Assembly (NCBI GenBank): GCA_900768505.1
Contig: CAAGED010000012.1
Coordinates: 44,062 to 108,061, forward strand
Direction: 5' to 3'
Source of the DNA: Lentisphaeria bacterium
GTDB taxonomy: Bacteria; Verrucomicrobiota; Lentisphaeria; Victivallales; Victivallaceae
Length of the DNA stretch: 64,000 nucleotides
Made by a program: the position numbers and the translations under genes. Below, piece by piece: positions 49,422-59,317 of this stretch. The notes below the pieces were generated by a model, which searched no databases, was not told the origin of the DNA, and saw only the letters and a program-made list of their open reading frames with translations. Position 1 is the stretch's first letter. Each line of letters begins with the position of its first letter.

Positions 49422-50381
49422 ATGAGCAAAATTCAGCACAACTACGACTTCGACCCCACTCACGGCTTCACTCTGGAACAATTGCTGCAAGTTGCCGCAC
49501 CGCCGGAACCGGACGATTTCGCCGATTTCTGGCAACAGGTCTACGAACAATCCCTTGCCGGCAGTAAAAATTATCAGATCCGTGAAATCTGGAGCCGTCT
49601 GCCGGAGGTGAAGCTTTTTGAAGTCCGTTTCTTAAGCCTTGATGAAAAAATAATCACAATGTGGCTCAGCCGACCGAAAGTATCTTACGGCGCAATTGTT
49701 TACGGTCAGGGCTACGGCAACGGCGTGTGGCCGATTCAGGACGAATATTTCACCGTCTGCACCGTCGCCTCCCGCGGTTTGGGGCCGTCAACCCAGCTGG
49801 AAATCCCTTGGGAGGTCCGTCAACACGTCGTCCACGGCATTCAATCCAGGGATACCTACGTCTGGCGCGGAGTAATCGGCGACCACTTCGCCGCCACCAC
49901 CTTGCTACTGCGGATTTTTCCAGACTGCATTGAGAATTTAAACTACCGCGGCGGCAGTATGGGCGGCGCGATCGGAGTTATGACACTGGCCTGGGACAAA
50001 CGCTTCCAATCCGGCGCCATCGACATTCCCACCTTCGGCAACCACCCGCTGCGAGTCACCCTCAAATGTATTGGTTCCGGCGCCGGAATCAGCGAGTATT
50101 ACGCCCGTCACCCGGAGTGTTTGGCGGTATTGCAATATTTTGACGCCGCCATCGCTGCGAAATATGTCAATATGCCAATAATTTGTTCTCCCGCCAAATT
50201 CGACCCGATGGTTCCTCCGGCAGGACAATTTGCCATTGCCAATTCGCTGCCTGAGGCGTCGAGGCAGATTTTCATCACAGAAGCCGGACACTTCAACTAC
50301 CCGGCGGATTACGAAATGCGAGTGAAAATTGACCAGGCGATTCATAAATTGTTTCAATATCCGGAGGAACTGAATTATTGA
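49422..50381 (+). CDS. Acetyl-xylan esterase / cephalosporin-C deacetylase (AXE1) family alpha/beta hydrolase
   Basis: The ORF track gives 49305..50381. I prefer ATG 49422 with SD AGGAG. The nucleophile motif is GGSMGG, a C-terminal TEAGHF supplies the His region, and the N-terminal domain is AXE1-like. Confidence 0.55.
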   Translation: MSKIQHNYDFDPTHGFTLEQLLQVAAPPEPDDFADFWQQVYEQSLAGSKNYQIREIWSRLPEVKLFEVRFLSLDEKIITMWLSRPKVSYGAIVYGQGYGNGVWPIQDEYFTVCTVASRGLGPSTQLEIPWEVRQHVVHGIQSRDTYVWRGVIGDHFAATTLLLRIFPDCIENLNYRGGSMGGAIGVMTLAWDKRFQSGAIDIPTFGNHPLRVTLKCIGSGAGISEYYARHPECLAVLQYFDAAIAAKYVNMPIICSPAKFDPMVPPAGQFAIANSLPEASRQIFITEAGHFNYPADYEMRVKIDQAIHKLFQYPEELNY

Positions 50382-50512
50382 GGTAAAAATCATATTATTT
50401 GTCAATTATAATCCTTAAAAATTGGAATTTTTATTTTTCCGGTGTATATATAATAGGTTGGTTTTCATCGAAATTATAAAAACATCTATCTTTTAAGGAT
50501 TTCAGACGTATC

Positions 50513-51328
50513 ATGGATTTGCTCTACATCAAAGCGATTATTTTGGGTATTGTTCAAGGAGTAACCGAATTTCTGCCCATCAGCAGTACCGGCCACCTGA
50601 TTATTGTTGAAAAATTAATCAATGTCGCCTCCTCCGACAATTTCATCCAAATGTTTGATGTAGTTGTGCAACTGGGTTCGATTTTTGCCGTAGTGGTCTA
50701 CTTCTGGCATCAATTACTGCCCAAGGCCATGTTTACCGACGTCACGGTACGCAAAACCACACTGGATATTTGGTTTAAAACCCTTGCAGGTGTCATCCCG
50801 GCCGTTATTATCGGCGCACTGCTGAACGACTGGATGGAGGAGCATCTTTTTAATCCGGCGGTGGTGGCCGGAGCACTGATCGTCGGAGGCATATTGCTCT
50901 TTTTCTTCGACCGGGAACGGGGTGGCGCAAAAATGGCAACCATTGCTGAATTAACCTACCCCAAGGCGATCGCCATTGGTTTTATCCAATGTCTGGCCAT
51001 GATTCCGGGGACATCCCGCTCCGCCTCCACCATCATTGGCGGTTTGAGTCTGAGGGCATCCCGCACCATGGCGGCTGAATACTCATTTTTCCTGGCGATT
51101 CCAACCATGTTCGGCGCCTCCGCTTACAAGATCATGAAGCACGGATTAAAACTCTCACAAACCGAGTGGATTGCCGTTTTGATCGGTTCGGCAGTATCGT
51201 TTTTTGTCGCCTGGGGAGTAATTGCATTTTTCATGTCTTATATCCGCAAGCATAATTTCCGCCTTTTCGCCTGGTATCGAATCGCCTTGGGAGTTGTGGT
51301 GCTGGCATACTTCTACATTATTAAATAA
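50513..51328 (+). CDS. uppP: Undecaprenyl-diphosphatase UppP/BacA
   Basis: 271 aa. VTEFLPISSTGHL and PGTSRSASTI are hallmark UppP motifs, and the protein has multiple TM helices. Confidence 0.9.
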   Translation: MDLLYIKAIILGIVQGVTEFLPISSTGHLIIVEKLINVASSDNFIQMFDVVVQLGSIFAVVVYFWHQLLPKAMFTDVTVRKTTLDIWFKTLAGVIPAVIIGALLNDWMEEHLFNPAVVAGALIVGGILLFFFDRERGGAKMATIAELTYPKAIAIGFIQCLAMIPGTSRSASTIIGGLSLRASRTMAAEYSFFLAIPTMFGASAYKIMKHGLKLSQTEWIAVLIGSAVSFFVAWGVIAFFMSYIRKHNFRLFAWYRIALGVVVLAYFYIIK

Positions 51329-51630
51329 AATCAAGCGAGCTCCGGCGTTGATAAAAATCAGCAGTGACGAGCCAAAATTTATCAACGTCCTCCCGCAATA
51401 ATGCATTTCCCGTCTCTTTGGAGTTTAAAGGACATTGTTTTGCCCCCCCGAAACACAAGGTCAAAATCACCTTTTCCGGCGATGAATTGAATCGCAATGG
51501 GAATAAACCGCAACCAATTCCACGTTTTCGAACTCCATTTTTGCCTCTCCATTATGCTATTTTATTTTTATGCAATATTTAGACTACTAATCCTCCAACT
51601 ATAACTTGAACTAATTAATTTTACAAATAC

Positions 51631-51671
51631 AAAAAATAAAAAACCGCCCGAAGATTTTACTCTCCGGACGG
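51631..51671 (-). terminator. Rho-independent terminator downstream of PFOR
   Basis: On the minus strand, CCGTCCGGAGAG...CTTCGGGCGG (about 8/10 bp stem) is followed by TTTTTTATTTTTT. Confidence 0.5.
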
Positions 51672-51718
51672 TCAAATATACAATCAATTTTCAAATGCCG
51701 TCTCCGGCAATTGAGTGA

Positions 51719-54700
51719 TTACATAATTTCGCCCAACTTCTTCAGGAAGGTCATGCGGCGTTCGCAATCCTTCTCCGCCAAAGCCAATACGTTTTCGTAA
51801 TCGGCCGGGGCAGTCTTCTGCAAGCTGGTGTAACGACGCTCGCTGCGGATGAAATCCTGGAAGCTGGCAGTCGCATCTTTGGTTTCCCAAACAAACGGAT
51901 TTTCCATGTTCGGGTTGTAACGGTACAACGGCCAGTAACCGGCGTCGACCGCGCGTTTGGCCTCAACCTGGCTCATGCGCATATCACCCTTGATTCCGTG
52001 CGCAATACACGGAGCATAAGCGATGATAATTGACGGACCATTGTGGGCTTCCGCTTCCTGAATCGCTTTCAAAGTCTGCTGACGGTTAGCACCCATACAG
52101 ATTGAAGCGACATATACATTGCCGTAACTCATGCACATAAAACCAAGGTTTTTCTTGGTCATGCGCTTGCCGGCATTGGCGAACAATGCAACTGCGCCAA
52201 TCGGGGTGGCTTTGGAAGCCTGACCGCCGGTATTGGAATATACTTCAGTATCCATTACCAGAATATTGACGTTACGGTTCTGGGCAACTACATGATCCAA
52301 GCCGCCGAAACCAATATCATACGCCCAACCGTCACCACCGAAAATCCAGACTGACTTGTCAACAAAGTAATCTTTCAATTCGTTGATCTTGGTCAACACG
52401 CTCTTGAGTTCGCCTTCGCTCTTGGCAATCGCCTTCGGGAGAATTGCACCGATCTTATCCTGCAACTCAACCGCGGCAGCGTCCTTGGCACCGAAATTCT
52501 CCAACGCCTGGTTCAACATACCCTTGAATTCGTCACAGCATACACCCAATTCCAAGGCGCGCTTAACGTTATTCTTGAGCTGCTCACGATTCTTGTCCAC
52601 GGCCAAGCGCATACCGTAACCATATTCGGCGTTATCCTCAAAGAGAGAGTTTGCCCACGCCGGACCACGACCCTGCTTGTCTTTGCAGTAGGGCAGTGAG
52701 GGGAATGAACCGCCATAAATGGAGGAGCATCCAGTGGCATTCGCTACTACCATGCGGCTGCCGAAGAGCTGGGAAACCAACTTGACATACGGAGTTTCAC
52801 CGCAACCGGCGCAAGCGCCGCTGAATTCGAAGTACGGCATCAGGAACTGCGAGCCCTTGACCGTATCAACTGAAACACCGCCGGTAACATTGTCCGGGAG
52901 AGCTTCGAAAAATTCTTCATTGGCATCTTCGCCCGCGGCGCGCTCGGCTTCCAGCGGAGAGAATTCCAACGCCTTCTGCTTGGCCGGGCAAGTCTCAACG
53001 CAAACGCCGCAACCGGTGCAGTCTTCGATGTAAACCTGCATTCTGTACTTCAATCCCGGCTCTTTCACGCCCTTGGCGTCAACCGTCTTGAAGGAGGCCG
53101 GAGCATTGGCCAAATCAGCTTCTTTTACCAGCTTGGCGCGAATTGCAGCGTGAGGGCAGGCCATTACGCACTGATTGCACTGAATACAGTTTGCGCTGTT
53201 CCACTTGGGAACGGAGGGAGCAATACCGCGCTTCTCGAACTTGCTGGTGGCGGTGGGCATTGAACCGTCAATAGTCATGGCCGATACCGGAATCTTGTCC
53301 CCCTGCAATTTAACGATCGGAGTCATCAACTTGTCGGTGAACTCCTCACCGTTTTCGCAGGCGAGCTTGGTCGGAACAAAGCTCTCAGTAATCTTGGCAG
53401 GAATCTCAACCGCGTACAAACCAGCCAAAGCGGTATCCACGCACTTGATGTTCTGAGCAACAATCTCATCACCCTTTTTCTTGAACTTCTTCTCAATCGC
53501 CTTCTTAATCTGAGCAATTGCTTCGTCGGCCGGAATAATGGCAGCCAACTTGAAGAAGCAGGTCTGCATGATGGTGGAAACATATTTCGGGCTGCCAACC
53601 TGCAACGCAATCTTCAACGCATCAATGGCATATACCTTGATCTTCTTGGCAATAATGGTTTCCTGCATATCACGGGTAAAGCTGGCGAATACCTTGTCAG
53701 CCTCAACCGGGGTGTTTACCAAAAATACGCCGCCATCCTTGATACCGGCAAGCAAATCAAAACGGCCGATATAAGCCGGATTGTGGCAGGCAACGAAGTT
53801 CGGAGAGGTAATCAGATAAGGAGAGCAGATCGGAGTGTCTCCGAAACGCAAGTGAGAGATGGTTACGCCGCCGGACTTCTTGGAGTCGTAGGAGAAGTAA
53901 GCCTGAACATACTTGTCGGTGTTGTCGCCGATAATTTTAATGGAATTCTTATTGGATCCGACGGTACCGTCTGAACCCAAACCCCAGAACATGCAGGCAG
54001 TGGTGCCCGCTGGCTCGGTAACGATATTTTCGCTGTAATCCAATGAGAGGAATGACTTGTCATCGTTGATGCCGACGGTGAAGTTGTGAGTGCATTTGCC
54101 GTCCAAATGCTTGTAGATCGCCAAAACCATGGACGGAGTGAACTCTTTGCTGGCCAAGCCGTAACGGCCGCCGATAATGGTGATTCCGCTATTTTCGAAC
54201 GCGGCCTTGACATCCAGGAACAACGGTTCGCCCAGGGCGCCCGGCTCTTTGCAGCGGTCGAGAACGGCAATCTTCTTGACGGTCTTCGGCAAAGCGGCAA
54301 CCAGGCTCTTGGCATCGAATGGACGATAAAGGTGAACCTTTACCATACCGAGCTTCTGGCCCTTGGCATTGAGATAATTGATGGTCTCTTCGATGGTATC
54401 GCAACCGGAACCCATGGCAACGATTACTTTATCTGCATCGGCGGCACCGACGTAGTCAAAGAGGTGCATCTGACGGCCGGTCAACTTGGCAACCTGATCC
54501 ATGTATTTCTGAACCATGGCCGGCAGAGCGGCATATTCGTTATTGGTGCTTTCACGGCCCTGGAAGTAAACATCCGGGTTCTGAGCGGCCATCTTGGCAT
54601 ACGGAGCTTCCGGGCGGAGACCGCGATTACGGAAACGCTCGATATAATCCATATTAACCAGGGACTTCATGTCGGCATAATCCAAAACTTCGATTTTCTG

Positions 54701-55240
54701 GATTTCGTGAGAAGTACGGAAGCCGTCGAAGAAACTCAGGAATGGGATTTCGCTCTCCAGAGTGGCCAGGTGAGCAACCAATGCCAAATCGTGAGTCTCC
54801 TGAATTGAAGCAGCGGAGGTCATGGCATAACCGGTTGAACGGCAGCTCATAACGTCGGAATGGTCACCGAAGATAGAGAGAGACTGCGCAGCCAGGGCAC
54901 GGGCTGAAACGTGGAAAACAGTCGGGAGCATTTCGCCGGCGATCTTGTACATATTCGGGATCATCAGCAACAAGCCCTGGGAAGCAGTGAAGGTGGTGGT
55001 CAACGCACCGGCGCTCAAAGAACCGTGAACGGCACCGGCAGCGCCGGCTTCGGACTGCATTTCAGCGACTTCGACTTTTTCGCCGAACATGTTTTTGAGA
55101 CCGCCGCTGGCCCAAATGTCAGCGTACTCACCCATGGTTGACGACGGGGTAATCGGGTAGATTGCCGCCACTTCACTGAAGGCATACGCCACATAAGCTG
55201 CCGCGTAATTACCGTCAATGGTAATCATTTTCTTGCCCAT
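51719..55240 (-). CDS. por: Pyruvate:ferredoxin (flavodoxin) oxidoreductase, single-chain
   Basis: 1173 aa. The N-terminus MGKKMITIDGNYAAAYVAYAFSEVAAIYPITPSS, two 4Fe-4S ferredoxin CxxCxxCxxxCP motifs, and a TPP-binding domain (GGDGW...). Confidence 0.95.
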   Translation of the reverse strand: MGKKMITIDGNYAAAYVAYAFSEVAAIYPITPSSTMGEYADIWASGGLKNMFGEKVEVAEMQSEAGAAGAVHGSLSAGALTTTFTASQGLLLMIPNMYKIAGEMLPTVFHVSARALAAQSLSIFGDHSDVMSCRSTGYAMTSAASIQETHDLALVAHLATLESEIPFLSFFDGFRTSHEIQKIEVLDYADMKSLVNMDYIERFRNRGLRPEAPYAKMAAQNPDVYFQGRESTNNEYAALPAMVQKYMDQVAKLTGRQMHLFDYVGAADADKVIVAMGSGCDTIEETINYLNAKGQKLGMVKVHLYRPFDAKSLVAALPKTVKKIAVLDRCKEPGALGEPLFLDVKAAFENSGITIIGGRYGLASKEFTPSMVLAIYKHLDGKCTHNFTVGINDDKSFLSLDYSENIVTEPAGTTACMFWGLGSDGTVGSNKNSIKIIGDNTDKYVQAYFSYDSKKSGGVTISHLRFGDTPICSPYLITSPNFVACHNPAYIGRFDLLAGIKDGGVFLVNTPVEADKVFASFTRDMQETIIAKKIKVYAIDALKIALQVGSPKYVSTIMQTCFFKLAAIIPADEAIAQIKKAIEKKFKKKGDEIVAQNIKCVDTALAGLYAVEIPAKITESFVPTKLACENGEEFTDKLMTPIVKLQGDKIPVSAMTIDGSMPTATSKFEKRGIAPSVPKWNSANCIQCNQCVMACPHAAIRAKLVKEADLANAPASFKTVDAKGVKEPGLKYRMQVYIEDCTGCGVCVETCPAKQKALEFSPLEAERAAGEDANEEFFEALPDNVTGGVSVDTVKGSQFLMPYFEFSGACAGCGETPYVKLVSQLFGSRMVVANATGCSSIYGGSFPSLPYCKDKQGRGPAWANSLFEDNAEYGYGMRLAVDKNREQLKNNVKRALELGVCCDEFKGMLNQALENFGAKDAAAVELQDKIGAILPKAIAKSEGELKSVLTKINELKDYFVDKSVWIFGGDGWAYDIGFGGLDHVVAQNRNVNILVMDTEVYSNTGGQASKATPIGAVALFANAGKRMTKKNLGFMCMSYGNVYVASICMGANRQQTLKAIQEAEAHNGPSIIIAYAPCIAHGIKGDMRMSQVEAKRAVDAGYWPLYRYNPNMENPFVWETKDATASFQDFIRSERRYTSLQKTAPADYENVLALAEKDCERRMTFLKKLGEIM

Positions 55241-55770
55241 TTGAAAAACCTCCTGATTAGTAATGTTTTATAAAGGACTAAAGCAATAATAAAAATAATA
55301 AATTGCGGATACTGCGGGTTTTCAATAAAAAATTCAGCATAGACAAAAAGATGTCTTCCGCCGGCTGCCGGCTTTTTTCCGATCCATGAAAAGGCATCGA
55401 AAAAAAAATCGGTCACAAACAAAAACACACAATATACAAAAGTACATTAAGTAAATTTACATCGTTTTTAAGATTTGTCAATGCTAAATAAATATTTTTT
55501 TACTCAATAGACATCCGGAGTGACTTTTGTGAAAAAAAACAAAAAAATTTGATTTTTTTTAGATTTCGGGTGAGCATTTTTGCAAAAGTGATGATAAGTT
55601 ACCGATTATATAGTTTTTTGATGTTATATTGTGACTTTTCGCTTTATTTTTTTGCATTGCAAGGTATATTATACGGAAAGTAACTTTAATTCAACGTTGA
55701 AAAAAAGTTTTTTGATTTTAGAACGTAAAAGCATAACGCTGAAAAACAATAACAACAAGGTGCATAAAAA

Positions 55771-55860
55771 ATGGGAAGTCTCAAGAAAAAGCGCCGCAAA
55801 AAGATTGCCAAGCATAAGCGCAAGAAGCAGCTCAAGGCACTGCGGCACAAGAACAAGTAA
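55771..55860 (+). CDS. 29-aa Lys/Arg-rich micro-protein (MGSLKKKRRKKIAKHKRKKQLKALRHKNK), resembling bacterial AURKAIP1/COX24-like small basic proteins. It is below the 60-aa cutoff of the ORF track.
   Basis: ATG at 55771 with SD AAGGTG 8 nt upstream. The stop TAA is at 55858-60. The gene has its own AT-rich upstream region and a perfect terminator 60 nt downstream. Confidence 0.55.
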   Translation: MGSLKKKRRKKIAKHKRKKQLKALRHKNK

Positions 55861-55918
55861 GGTTATATAAGTTTTTCGTGTCTCAGGATGCGATTTACCA
55901 ACTTTACTGAATCTTATG

Positions 55919-55959
55919 CCCTTCGCCTCAGAGTCAAATCAAAAGGCGAAGGGTTTTTT
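55919..55959 (+). terminator. Rho-independent terminator after the micro-ORF
   Basis: CCCTTCGCC-(17 nt loop)-GGCGAAGGG is a perfect 9-bp stem followed by TTTTTT. Confidence 0.7.
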
Positions 55960-56026
55960 ATTATATTCAATCACAACCGTCCGGGTATGGCGTTGCCGCT
56001 GCAGCCGGAAGTAATTTGTTAAAAAT

Positions 56027-56371
56027 ATGAAAAAATTTGTTTGCGCCCGCTGCGGCAATTGCTGCAAATGGTCCGGATATGTCCGGCTTCAAAACTTCGA
56101 AGCCGAAACCATCGCCGCCTACCTGAAATTGCCGGAAACAGAATTTTTCGACCGCTACACCCGGCTGACCGCCGACCGGCGCGGCCTCTCTCTGGTGGAA
56201 AATCCGGATGGCAGTTGCTGCTTTTATACCGAAACCGCCGGTGCTCCCCTGTGTCGCATCAATCCGGTCAAGCCCAGACAATGTCGGGATTTTCCCCTAA
56301 AATGGAATTTCCCCGGCTACGAGCAGGAGTGTAAAGGAGTGGTATGGGACTCAGAGGAACAAAATCAGTAA
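56027..56371 (+). CDS. YkgJ-family Cys-cluster protein (UPF0153, putative Fe-S/zinc protein)
   Basis: 114 aa. CARCGNCCKWSGYV and the later CCFY...C...C motifs are typical of the YkgJ family. Confidence 0.7.
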   Translation: MKKFVCARCGNCCKWSGYVRLQNFEAETIAAYLKLPETEFFDRYTRLTADRRGLSLVENPDGSCCFYTETAGAPLCRINPVKPRQCRDFPLKWNFPGYEQECKGVVWDSEEQNQ

Positions 56372-56557
56372 AAATTACTGTTTTGAGTTAATTTGCCATT
56401 ACCTGCATTATTAAACGTTAATTTTTCTACATTTTTACGCTTTTGCTATCGCATTTTCCACCTGGTATGTTGTATATTAATAAGAAGTGTTTTTACCGGC
56501 GAGGCGAAGTAAATAAAAATTTTTAATTTTTTCTACCCCACAAGCCACAGTTAGGAG

Positions 56558-57466
56558 TTGTCCATTATGAATGAGCAAGGGAAAAAATCCGATTGTCTGA
56601 TTCGCGGCACGGTTTCGCCGCTTAATATACGTTTTATATATGTTGATGTCACAAAATGCGCCAATTCCATCGCCAGAGTACATCATTGCGACCCGGCGGC
56701 GGCCGACCTGATTGCCCAGGGAGTAGTGGCGGGAGCATTGACCATCGCATTGCTGGACGGCGACGAACGATACAGCATCCGCTGGAATTATCACGGAGCC
56801 CTGAAAAATATGATTTGTGATGTTCAGGCCAATGGAAAATTACGCTGCGTGATGAACAGCTATCAAATGTTGGACGCCATTCAGAAATATTCCGATTTGC
56901 TAGGAGAGGATGACGGCGGTATTTCGCTGGTGAAATCCACCACCGGGAAGGTATTGAATTCGGGGGAGACCAAGGCAGGGCTGCTCTCGATTGTGGATGA
57001 TTTGAGCTTATTTTTCTCGATCAGCGATCAAATTGAGAGCGAGGCAATTTTCAGTGTAAAGATTTCCGATTCTCCCGGCGAGGCAATTCATTTTGCTCAG
57101 GGAATGCTTATTCAGGCTCTTCCGGGGTGTGATTTGGAAAAATTTGCGCAAATTCGCGACTCACTGCATCAGGCACCGCTGGAGATTCTTCGGGACGAAG
57201 TGGTAGGTCTGGAGACCAAAATCAAATTGATTGTCAATGAATTAACCGGAATCGACAGCGTCGGAACGCCTGATACCGTGAAATACGAATTCGGCGTCAC
57301 GCCGGAATTTGCCTGCGACTGCAGTTACGAGAAGATGAGAGAAGCGTTGAGTACGCTGGGAGAAGCGGAATTGAAGAAATTGTTTCAGGAGAATCCGCAT
57401 CCGAAAATCAGATGCAATTTTTGCGAAAAAGAGTATGTTTTTAAATCGGAAGATTTTTTTTCATAA
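56558..57466 (+). CDS. hslO: Redox-regulated chaperone Hsp33
   Basis: 302 aa. The C-terminal zinc-switch is CDCSYEKMREAL...IRCNFCEKEY (CxC...CxxC). SD TAGGAG lies upstream. Confidence 0.85.
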   Translation: MSIMNEQGKKSDCLIRGTVSPLNIRFIYVDVTKCANSIARVHHCDPAAADLIAQGVVAGALTIALLDGDERYSIRWNYHGALKNMICDVQANGKLRCVMNSYQMLDAIQKYSDLLGEDDGGISLVKSTTGKVLNSGETKAGLLSIVDDLSLFFSISDQIESEAIFSVKISDSPGEAIHFAQGMLIQALPGCDLEKFAQIRDSLHQAPLEILRDEVVGLETKIKLIVNELTGIDSVGTPDTVKYEFGVTPEFACDCSYEKMREALSTLGEAELKKLFQENPHPKIRCNFCEKEYVFKSEDFFS

Positions 57467-57536
57467 ACCTGCCGAGCCGCATTACGGGAAACAATTCTGG
57501 AAAATGCCAACATCGGCCGGGGAGAGAATTTTGATA

Positions 57537-58154
57537 ATGAGCGAACAGGAAAATATAGACCGTCACCTTGAAGACGAGCAATTAATCAGCCGCTTCAAAT
57601 CCGGTGACGAGAGTGCATTTGACCAACTGATCGACCGGCACGGCCAGCGGATGTATCAGGCGGCATTTGCATTGCTCAACAATCACCACGATGCCGAAGA
57701 GGTGGTTCAGGATGCGTGGACGCGCGCCTACCGGGCCTTGAAGGAGTTTCGCGGCGACTCCTCCATTGATACCTGGTTGCATCGGATTGTCTGCAATCTC
57801 TCCCGCAACAAATATCACTGGAAACGCCGCCGGGGATCCGAGAGCGAAATCAGCCTGAACGCACCGATTGACGGCCATGAAAATAATTTAGATGAATTTA
57901 TTGTACTGCCGGAAAAAGAGGGTTCCCCCGAAGAATTGATGAATGAAAACGATACCCGGAACATGTTGCTGGCCGGAATCAATCAACTGCCGGATTCAGT
58001 GCGTGAAACCATGATGCTGCGCCATGTCCAGGAGTTAGCTTACGAGGAAATAGCCGCCATTCAAGAGTGTAACATCGGGACGGTGAAATCCCGTATTGCC
58101 AGAGGTCGGGAATTGTTGAAGAAATTTTTGATAGAAAACGGCATTGGCGAGTAG
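57537..58154 (+). CDS. ECF (sigma-70 family, RpoE-like) RNA polymerase sigma factor
   Basis: The ORF track starts at 57435, overlapping hslO. I prefer ATG 57537 with SD GGGGAGAG (MSEQENIDRHLED...). Region 2 (DAEEVVQDAWTRAYRAL) and region 4 (YEEIAAIQECNIGTVKSRIARGRELL) are present. Confidence 0.85.
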   Translation: MSEQENIDRHLEDEQLISRFKSGDESAFDQLIDRHGQRMYQAAFALLNNHHDAEEVVQDAWTRAYRALKEFRGDSSIDTWLHRIVCNLSRNKYHWKRRRGSESEISLNAPIDGHENNLDEFIVLPEKEGSPEELMNENDTRNMLLAGINQLPDSVRETMMLRHVQELAYEEIAAIQECNIGTVKSRIARGRELLKKFLIENGIGE

Positions 58155-58473
58155 ATGGGAAAAAACTTTTCCGATTGCCGGCGGCGATTTTGAGCTCAGA
58201 AAGATTTTCATATTGGATTAGACGCTAGTGTTTTGTGTTTTTTATTACAAAAAAAAAATTTTTTACGAACTTTTTACAATTGGCGGTTGTCAGTTTAGGA
58301 CGGAACATGAAATTTTGAATCGGCGGCGTTGTGTTCAGAGGTTTATTTTTTTCATTTGGTGATGGATTGACAGATGATTAATGGCTTGTCATCTATTCCA
58401 GATTATTCGGTAAAAAATAAATCGCAGAAATTAAATAACACTGCTACAACTAAAAAATGCGAAGCACAAAAAT

Positions 58474-59199
58474 ATGAATAATTCAACTCAGAAAGATTGC
58501 CTTGACATCGATATGATGCTGGAGCAGTGGAAAAACCGTTCACAAGAAGCGGCGGCAACCCACTTTGATCCTCAAAGTATCAAGCGCTCGGTAAGGGCAA
58601 GATTAAGCGAGCCGGAACAGATTCAGCGCAAGAGTTTCTCCCGCGGACACTTCAGGTTTTCGATTCCAAAGGTGGTCAGCACGGCGGCGGCAATGTTCTT
58701 TATAGTTTCCGGAATTGTGGGAATCAGTTCCGGCAACCTGCGGAAGCCGGTGGAATTTCCTTATTATACCGGCAGTGACGGCAGCAGTGTAATGGTCAGC
58801 AATAGTTCAAAACACAACATTGATTCAGCCAAATTAAACACTGTTTCGCATAATGTTACGGAATTTACAGAGGTAAAGGCGCCATTTAATTTGGAAGGAT
58901 TGCATTTCTCGGCAGCGATTGAGAGTAAAGTTGAACATGTTTGGCTAAGCAACGGGGAATTTTCTCCTGCGGGATTGGATAAGTTGAGTGCCAATTTAGG
59001 GGCGCCGGTAAAAGTGGCGAACAACCAGATTGACTTGAAATTAAATATTTCAAAGCGCAATCTCTCCAGCTTGGTGGATTCCTTGTCCGAAAGCGGCTTG
59101 GAGTTGCTTTCTTCTGCTCAGCCCCAGCCGTTGCAACGTAAATTCGTAGGTAATCCGGACGAAATGGTGGAATACACGGTAAAAATAATTCGTCCGTAA
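58474..59199 (+). CDS. Single-pass membrane protein, a possible anti-sigma factor
   Basis: 241 aa. A cytoplasmic N-terminal ~65 aa is followed by the TM helix VVSTAAAMFFIVSGIVGISSG and then an extracytoplasmic domain. It lies 320 nt downstream of the ECF sigma gene with no clear SD, so the assignment is tentative. Confidence 0.4.
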   Translation: MNNSTQKDCLDIDMMLEQWKNRSQEAAATHFDPQSIKRSVRARLSEPEQIQRKSFSRGHFRFSIPKVVSTAAAMFFIVSGIVGISSGNLRKPVEFPYYTGSDGSSVMVSNSSKHNIDSAKLNTVSHNVTEFTEVKAPFNLEGLHFSAAIESKVEHVWLSNGEFSPAGLDKLSANLGAPVKVANNQIDLKLNISKRNLSSLVDSLSESGLELLSSAQPQPLQRKFVGNPDEMVEYTVKIIRP

Positions 59200-59226
59200 A
59201 AAAAAATATTTCATTGTAAAACAGCA

Positions 59227-59264
59227 AGAGTGTCAACTTATTAAAAGTTGGCACTCTTTTTTTT
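59227..59264 (+). terminator. Strong rho-independent terminator. A second perfect 10-bp hairpin at 59268-59297 may make it bidirectional.
   Basis: AGAGTGTCAACTT-ATTAA-AAGTTGGCACTCT (13-bp stem with one G:U) is followed by TTTTTTTT. Then CAGAGCAAAT-(10 nt)-ATTTGCTCTG follows. Confidence 0.7.
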
Positions 59265-59317
59265 GGTCAGAGCAAATCTTCTCACCAATTTGCTCTGCCA
59301 ATAATCGTTTGACTTTC

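Noticed and set aside
55631-55870. 79-aa plus-strand ORF from the track
   Set aside because: Low-complexity translation across an AT-rich promoter region. The 29-aa polybasic ORF in the neighbouring frame has an SD and a terminator and is the more plausible gene.
57435-57536. Long N-terminal extension of the ECF sigma factor overlapping hslO
   Set aside because: The internal ATG at 57537 has a good SD and gives a canonical ~205-aa ECF sigma. The upstream start would overlap the Hsp33 zinc-binding C-terminus.
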